This document shows positions 58,938-64,000 of a stretch of DNA of 64,000 nt, piece after piece (position 1 is the stretch's first letter; each line of letters begins with the position of its first letter). The stretch comes from an uncultured bacterium (GTDB lineage: Bacteria > Babelota > Babeliae > Babelales > Babelaceae). A model generated the notes under the pieces. The model was not told the DNA's origin. It did not search any database and saw nothing but the letters and a program-made list of their open reading frames with translations. The stretch covers positions 288,001-352,000 of the forward strand of contig CAWKFG010000001.1 in assembly GCA_963848965.1 (NCBI GenBank), written 5' to 3'. The position numbers and the translations under genes are program-made.

Positions 58938-58959
58938 CACCGTCTTCTCCTTTTTTATC

Positions 58960-59044
58960 TGGTGCAAGAGGAGGGAGTTGAACCCACACCCCTTTCGGGA
59001 CTGGATCCTAAGTCCAGCGCGTCTGCCAATTTCGCCACTCTTGC
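58960..59044 (-). tRNA. tRNA-Leu(TAG)
   Basis: Minus strand GCAAGAG...CTCTTGC-A-CCA; CTGGA-CTTAGGA-TCCAG; long variable arm. Confidence 0.96.
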
Positions 59045-59077
59045 ACATGCTTCTTTTAACTTTGGCGGTTCCTTTTA

Positions 59078-59111
59078 CTGGCCTGCCAACCGTAGCTTTA
59101 GCGAAGGTTGG
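59078..59111 (-). repeat. REP-like element starting at the tRNA-Lys CCA
   Basis: Minus strand CCAACC-TTC-GCTAAAGC-TAC-GGTTGG-CAGGCCAG. Confidence 0.75.
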
Positions 59112-59184
59112 TGGGCCGCCTTGGACTCGAACCAAGAACCTGCAGATTAAGAGTCTGTTGCTCTACCAATTAAGCTAGCGGCCC
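59109..59184 (-). tRNA. tRNA-Lys(CTT)
   Basis: Minus strand GGGCCGC...GCGGCCC-A-CCA; anticodon loop CTCTTAA. Confidence 0.96.
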
Positions 59185-59280
59185 TTTCTTTGTCAAGGCT
59201 TCAGGTGAAAAAATAAAATCTCTGCTTCCAAAAAGACTTTCTATTATTATTTTACCCTTATTTTTACGAAATGTGAAGCC

Positions 59281-59871
59281 TTAAATCGTTTTTATCTCAG
59301 TTTCTTTTTTAGAAGCTAGAGTATCAGCTGTACTGATAAATTTATCGGTTATTTTCTGAAGGCTTTCTTGGAGCCTACGGCTGTAATCGATAGATATTTT
59401 TTTGGCCTTTTCAGTATCTCTTATAAGGTTTTGGATATCTTTTCGAAGGTTCCTTACTGCTATTTTACACTGTTCGAGCTTTTGATGCAAAATTTTTATA
59501 AGTTCATCTCTTCTATTAGAGCTCATACGAGGCAATTGAATTCTAATAACGTTACCATCGTTTGCTGGAGTAACCCCTAAATCTGAGGTAGCAAGAGCTT
59601 TTTCGATATCTGGCATATTTGCTTTATCCCACGGTTGTACTACAAGTAAGCCAACATCTGGAGCAGAGACTGCGGCTACTTCTCTGAGTGGCATAAGTGC
59701 ACCATAGGCAGGTACTTTAATATCTTCAATCATAGAAGGATGAGCACGACCTGTACGGATCTTTATAAGCTCTTTTTCAAAGTGCTTTATATGATTATCC
59801 ATCTCAAGCTCAATCTCTTTTTCAAATGGCTTGGTATTTGCTCCTTCAACAATTTCTATATGTAGAGGCAT
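59281..59871 (-). CDS. frr: Ribosome recycling factor
   Basis: KIRTGRAHPS, LVVQPWDK, PANDGNVIRI, KIAVRNLR; start trimmed to MPLH after AAAGGA. Confidence 0.96.
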   Translation of the reverse strand: MPLHIEIVEGANTKPFEKEIELEMDNHIKHFEKELIKIRTGRAHPSMIEDIKVPAYGALMPLREVAAVSAPDVGLLVVQPWDKANMPDIEKALATSDLGVTPANDGNVIRIQLPRMSSNRRDELIKILHQKLEQCKIAVRNLRKDIQNLIRDTEKAKKISIDYSRRLQESLQKITDKFISTADTLASKKETEIKTI

Positions 59872-59890
59872 AGTATGATCCTTTCTATAG

Positions 59891-60595
59891 TCAAGTTTTA
59901 ATGGTACTGCCAAGGTTGTTATAGGCAGCCTGTAGTAATGCATCATCCAGAAATATATTAAAGATTCGGAGTGGCATTTTATGTTGCTCTGCAAGTGCAA
60001 ATGCAGAAAGATCCATAATACCCAGCTCTTTTTCTAAAGCTTCTTTATAAGAAAGAGTACGTATAAACTGAGCATCAGGGTGAAGACGAGGGTCCTTTGT
60101 ATAGACTCCTTCAACTTTAGTTCCTTTCCACAGCTCATAAGCTTGTACTTGTAATGCTCGTAGTACTGCATTGGTATCTGTGGTGAAATAGGGGTTGCCA
60201 GTTCCTCCGGTAAATATTATACAACGTTCTTCTTCAAGAGCTTTTCTAATAGCCTGTGGAGAGATGCTCATTCCTATTGCTGGAACTTCGAGAGCGCTTA
60301 AGAGTACTGTTTTTATACCAGAGGCTTCAAAGATATCTTGAATAATGAGTCCATTCATGCATGTCGCAAGCATTCCTACATAATGGCTTACATTGGGCGA
60401 GATAGAAACTTGGCTTGCTTGTTGAGCACCACGAAAGAAATTTCCACCACCAATAACGATACTAAAGCTAAATGCATCTTTTAACTGCTTCAATTGAAGA
60501 GCAATTGAGCGTACTCGTTCTGCATTAAGACCATGAGGAGTATGGTAAATAACATCTCCTGTAAGCTTTAATAAAATAGTCTTTTTATGACTCAT
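59891..60595 (-). CDS. pyrH: Uridylate kinase
   Basis: ILLKLTGD, VIGGGNFFRG, GTGNPYFTTDT, GVYTKDP. Confidence 0.96.
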   Translation of the reverse strand: MSHKKTILLKLTGDVIYHTPHGLNAERVRSIALQLKQLKDAFSFSIVIGGGNFFRGAQQASQVSISPNVSHYVGMLATCMNGLIIQDIFEASGIKTVLLSALEVPAIGMSISPQAIRKALEEERCIIFTGGTGNPYFTTDTNAVLRALQVQAYELWKGTKVEGVYTKDPRLHPDAQFIRTLSYKEALEKELGIMDLSAFALAEQHKMPLRIFNIFLDDALLQAAYNNLGSTIKT

Positions 60596-60599
60596 GGAG

Positions 60600-61190
60600 T
60601 TAAGCGCCTACTTCAAAGCGTACAAATCGTCTAATTTTAACATTCTCGCCTAATTTAGCTATAAGCTCTTTAAGAACGTCATGCACCGTAAGCTTTTCGT
60701 CTTTAATAAATGGTTGATTAAGAAGACAAATATCAGTGTAATATTTTTGCAGTTTGCCTTCTATAATTTGGTCAATGATTTGAGCTGGTTTACCTGCAAG
60801 CTGCTCACGGTAGATAGCTTTCTCTTTTTCAACTAAAGCAGGATCAACATCTACAGAGCTTACGCATACTGGTCTAAATGCAGCAATCTGCATGCACATA
60901 TCGTGCGCAAACTTTGCTATTTCTTCAGTACGAGCTACAAAATCTGTTTCGCAGTTGATTTCAATTAATACTCCAACACGAGCTCCTGGATGAATATAGG
61001 CATGTACAATACCTTCTGCAGTTATATTGCCTGCACGCTTTTCAGCAACGGCAGCACCCTTTTTTCTTAAAAGCTCAATTGCTTTTTCTATATCGCCGTT
61101 TGCTTCTTGTAAAGCTTTTTTACAATCCATCATGCCAATGCCGGTACGTTCACGTAGTTTCTGTATAAGTTCTAAAGAAATTTCAGCCAT
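60600..61190 (-). CDS. tsf: Elongation factor Ts, short form
   Basis: LRERTGIGMMDCKKAL, EINCETDFVAR; start trimmed to MAEI after AGGAG. Confidence 0.97.
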   Translation of the reverse strand: MAEISLELIQKLRERTGIGMMDCKKALQEANGDIEKAIELLRKKGAAVAEKRAGNITAEGIVHAYIHPGARVGVLIEINCETDFVARTEEIAKFAHDMCMQIAAFRPVCVSSVDVDPALVEKEKAIYREQLAGKPAQIIDQIIEGKLQKYYTDICLLNQPFIKDEKLTVHDVLKELIAKLGENVKIRRFVRFEVGA

Positions 61191-61324
61191 AAAGCTCCTT
61201 GCTAGAGAAATAATTTTCTCATTAAGTGTGCCAGAAATCAGGCCATTGAGCAATGGCAAAATTTTCATTGTTTACAAGTTCCACTTTCTTGTCTATGGCT
61301 GTACTTTATTTCTAGAGCTCTCTA

Positions 61325-62683
61325 TTAGCTGATGAGGCATTTACTTTTTTGTTGTGGATGCTGTGGCAGCTCATATTCATGATCTTTAATAATATTAAAT
61401 ATCGTATAAATGTTTAACTGTGCAAGTATTGAATGAATGTCAAATAAATAAGCTGTACCATTAAGAAAGACGCTAAGGGCATAGTGACCTTTTGGGTGTG
61501 TTATAAGAGAGGGTGTATATGCTTTCACATTTTTTACATTAAATCCTAGAGCGATATCTTTAATAAATGTGTGTTCTTTAAGATCCAGTATTCTTAGTCT
61601 AAGCTCTTTGGTAAGTGCTCTAGGATAGTTGTCAAAGGTTGTAACTAGAGCATAATGCTCGTTATGTGTGGTTGTCATACGTAGAACAGATTCTCGCCCG
61701 GGAAGCCTAATTTCGTGGTCTATTTTGTCTGTCGTAAGATTTGCTACATATATAAAGCCATGGCCATCGGCTAGATAAAGAAAATTTCCATCTTTACTGT
61801 AGGTAAGGACATTAAAAAAAGCATGGCCGGGCTTATCATAGCGTATATGGCGAATAGATCCGTCTCTAAGTGATACTAGTTCTATTGCTTGTTCAGATTG
61901 TGAAGCTACTGCAAATTGTGTCTTATCTGGATTAAATGCACCTTGGGCCATAGATGGCTGAAAGTGTGTAGGCTGGCCGTTTGGTATTGGTATTACAGTA
62001 TTTTCTGGAGAGGAAGATACTATGTTTTTTATATAAGTAATTCGTTTATCAGTAGTGATAACAATACTGTTCATGGAGTCTTTATCATTACTAAAAGTTA
62101 CCATTACTGGTGTTGATGGTAATGTATGTTCTTGTAAGCATATGCCAGTCTCTAGACTCCAGACTTGCATTTTATTATGGCGTGTTCCTACTAGTGCATA
62201 GTTACCATCGTTGCTTATTGCTAAGCACGAAATAATTCCTTTATAACCACCAAATTTTAGTTTGCATTCATGAGTAGTGATGTCAATAAGGTAACAGTAG
62301 CACTGGACATCGGATCCAAAAAGAATATATTTACCATCAGGAGTAAATTCACCACATGTGAAAATTGTATTGGCATTTTCTACTGTATTTATTGGTGGTA
62401 TAAAACCAGCTATAGAGGGCTGTGCTGGTGAATATTTCATGAGAATATACGAATAGCGCTCAATAAGATACTGTAATAAGCTATCCTTAACAGGATATGG
62501 TAGGCTGTTTAGTTCATTAATAAGCTTTTCTCGCTGTACTGTAGGCGCTGTATTTATTTGTTTTCTAAGTGCTGTAATACAGCTTTCAAATAGTGAAGAA
62601 AAGTGCTTATTTTCAGGTGGTTCCATGCCTTGTAAAAGAGTAAAGAAAGAGCAGAGAAAGAGTATATTTTTTATATGATGCAT
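61325..62683 (-). CDS. Signal-peptide WD40/beta-propeller protein with F-box-like motif and C-terminal CaaX box
   Basis: FTPDGKYILFGS, ISCLAISNDGNYALVGT..MQVWSLETG; LNSLPYPVKDSLLQYL; ends KSKCLIS. Confidence 0.82.
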   Translation of the reverse strand: MHHIKNILFLCSFFTLLQGMEPPENKHFSSLFESCITALRKQINTAPTVQREKLINELNSLPYPVKDSLLQYLIERYSYILMKYSPAQPSIAGFIPPINTVENANTIFTCGEFTPDGKYILFGSDVQCYCYLIDITTHECKLKFGGYKGIISCLAISNDGNYALVGTRHNKMQVWSLETGICLQEHTLPSTPVMVTFSNDKDSMNSIVITTDKRITYIKNIVSSSPENTVIPIPNGQPTHFQPSMAQGAFNPDKTQFAVASQSEQAIELVSLRDGSIRHIRYDKPGHAFFNVLTYSKDGNFLYLADGHGFIYVANLTTDKIDHEIRLPGRESVLRMTTTHNEHYALVTTFDNYPRALTKELRLRILDLKEHTFIKDIALGFNVKNVKAYTPSLITHPKGHYALSVFLNGTAYLFDIHSILAQLNIYTIFNIIKDHEYELPQHPQQKSKCLIS

Positions 62684-62780
62684 AGTAACAATCCATGTAA
62701 GATCTGGTTTAATTTTTGTTTTTAATATTTCTAATTGTACTTAGCATCTTATGTTGTGTCAATTAAGGTAAAAAAATGCT

Positions 62781-63644
62781 TTATGCGGCAGCAGCGATCG
62801 TTTTTTCTATGACTAGTTGCGGGATCTCTACTTTTTTCAAGCTTTGATAATATGGTTTATTATATTTATCGAAGTAGAGAATACCATCATCAGTCCAGCT
62901 AAAGTTTTCAAAGCTAATACACTTATCTTCGATGCACTTGAAAGGGATAGACAGAATCCATTGAGCAATAAGAGGATGACGCATTTGACAGTGAGAGGGA
63001 TGTTTATTGACCTCTTCATGTTCAATAATAACCTGTAGATTAACGACTCTTTCAAGTTTATTGATACAGCGACTATAAAAGCCAAGTACGGTTTGCACAA
63101 TATCCTTTTTGGAGTAGAGGTTGCAAAGATGTTTAATAATTTTCATATTTGGTGCATACCTTTTTAAATGAATAGGAGTAGCAAGTAAATAGACATGATC
63201 AATAAGATACTCTTTGCTTGTGCTATTTTGTTGTAGAAGGGTGCTCCTATAGCTCATGATGCTATTCTGTGCTAGAAAAAAAGGGTCTTTCTCATTTTTG
63301 GATGCTTGTGTATCGTCTAAAGGAGCGAGTAGTTGGCTTGTAAGATTAATTACGTTGCCTCCATGACTGTGGCCTATAAGAGTAATTTTTTCTGTAGTAT
63401 AGCTTAAAATTACCTTTGCTAGTGCTTCTGCAGCTTGTATTCGTGCTATATGGCTCAGTTTACCAGACCAGGTAAAGGAGACCACTTTTTCGTCAAACAT
63501 CCGAGCTTCTTCTTCAAGTATTTTATAAAAATCTCCTTTAGGGCCGCACCAGAGAGCATCTGTGGCAAATGTTCCATGAACGAGGATAACTACTGGATGG
63601 GTAAAGGTACACCATAAAGCTAAAATAAATAGTACTTTTTTCAT
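62781..63644 (-). CDS. Secreted alpha/beta hydrolase-fold protein
   Basis: VILVHGTF oxyanion motif, IGHSHGG nucleophile elbow; start trimmed to MKKV after AAGGAGG. Confidence 0.85.
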   Translation of the reverse strand: MKKVLFILALWCTFTHPVVILVHGTFATDALWCGPKGDFYKILEEEARMFDEKVVSFTWSGKLSHIARIQAAEALAKVILSYTTEKITLIGHSHGGNVINLTSQLLAPLDDTQASKNEKDPFFLAQNSIMSYRSTLLQQNSTSKEYLIDHVYLLATPIHLKRYAPNMKIIKHLCNLYSKKDIVQTVLGFYSRCINKLERVVNLQVIIEHEEVNKHPSHCQMRHPLIAQWILSIPFKCIEDKCISFENFSWTDDGILYFDKYNKPYYQSLKKVEIPQLVIEKTIAAAA

Positions 63645-63864
63645 GAGCCCCTCCTTACTCTTTTTTTTTACAATAATAGGCTCTAACTCCTGTGTCAACA
63701 GTTCTCTTGAAGTTTTGTTAGGTCACTTTTTCAAGTGTCAAGCAGGGTTAAATTGTGCATGAAAAAACATATTTTTACACTAAATGTATTGCTAGTTTAA
63801 GCAAGTCTCTGGTAGTCTAATTCAGGAAATAGAGTATGCATAACACTTTAAATAAGGATCTAGT

Positions 63865-64000
63865 ATGAAATACATTATATTATCTGTACTATTAGGAGCA
63901 CTTGGTACAGTATTAGCTTATAACAGTAATAATCATAAATATTGTCATGATACAGAAACGGGAAAATACAGACGTATTAGATCGACTGACAATCCAAGGC
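63865..64000 (+). CDS. 5' end of a hypothetical secreted protein (runs off the window)
   Basis: MKYIILSVLLGALGTVLA-YNS...; TAAGGA RBS; open to the window end. Confidence 0.65.
   Translation, partial: MKYIILSVLLGALGTVLAYNSNNHKYCHDTETGKYRRIRSTDNPR

Noticed and set aside
58938..59135. N-terminal extension of the 502-aa trigger factor-like ORF
   Set aside because: It runs through tRNA-Lys, the REP-like element and tRNA-Leu; an RBS-backed start lies at 58937-58940.

Overview
AT-rich bacterial chromosome segment with no rRNA, CRISPR array, transposase or prophage. It mixes housekeeping genes (der, hpf, dsbD, cca, tolQRAB-like, ftsH, rpmB, rpsT, mrdA, a Xer recombinase, nth, plsC, a Bat operon, lepB, hup, ppsA, galU, pheS, yidD, rnpA, rpmH, trxB, tig-like, frr, pyrH, tsf, six tRNAs) with many eukaryote-like proteins. 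These include three ankyrin proteins, a mitochondrial-carrier protein, a C2H2 zinc-finger protein with a Josephin-like protease domain, a tandem C4HC3 finger protein and an F-box-like/WD40/CaaX protein. The content suggests an intracellular parasite of protists, most like Candidatus Dependentiae/Babelota (TM6); this is inference from gene content, not a database result. Main leads: (1) a 386-bp non-coding element between tolB and ftsH that folds by eye into a ladder of four-way junctions; (2) a shared signal peptide with Met at the predicted +1 position on all seven eukaryote-like proteins plus one hypothetical; (3) an outer-membrane barrel gene plus five small secreted peptides with duplicated promoters, sitting between rnpA and yidD; (4) a cluster of small Cys-rich proteins; (5) a REP-like element fused to the CCA ends of three tRNAs. 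All calls come from reading motifs by eye; no searches or folding programs were run.
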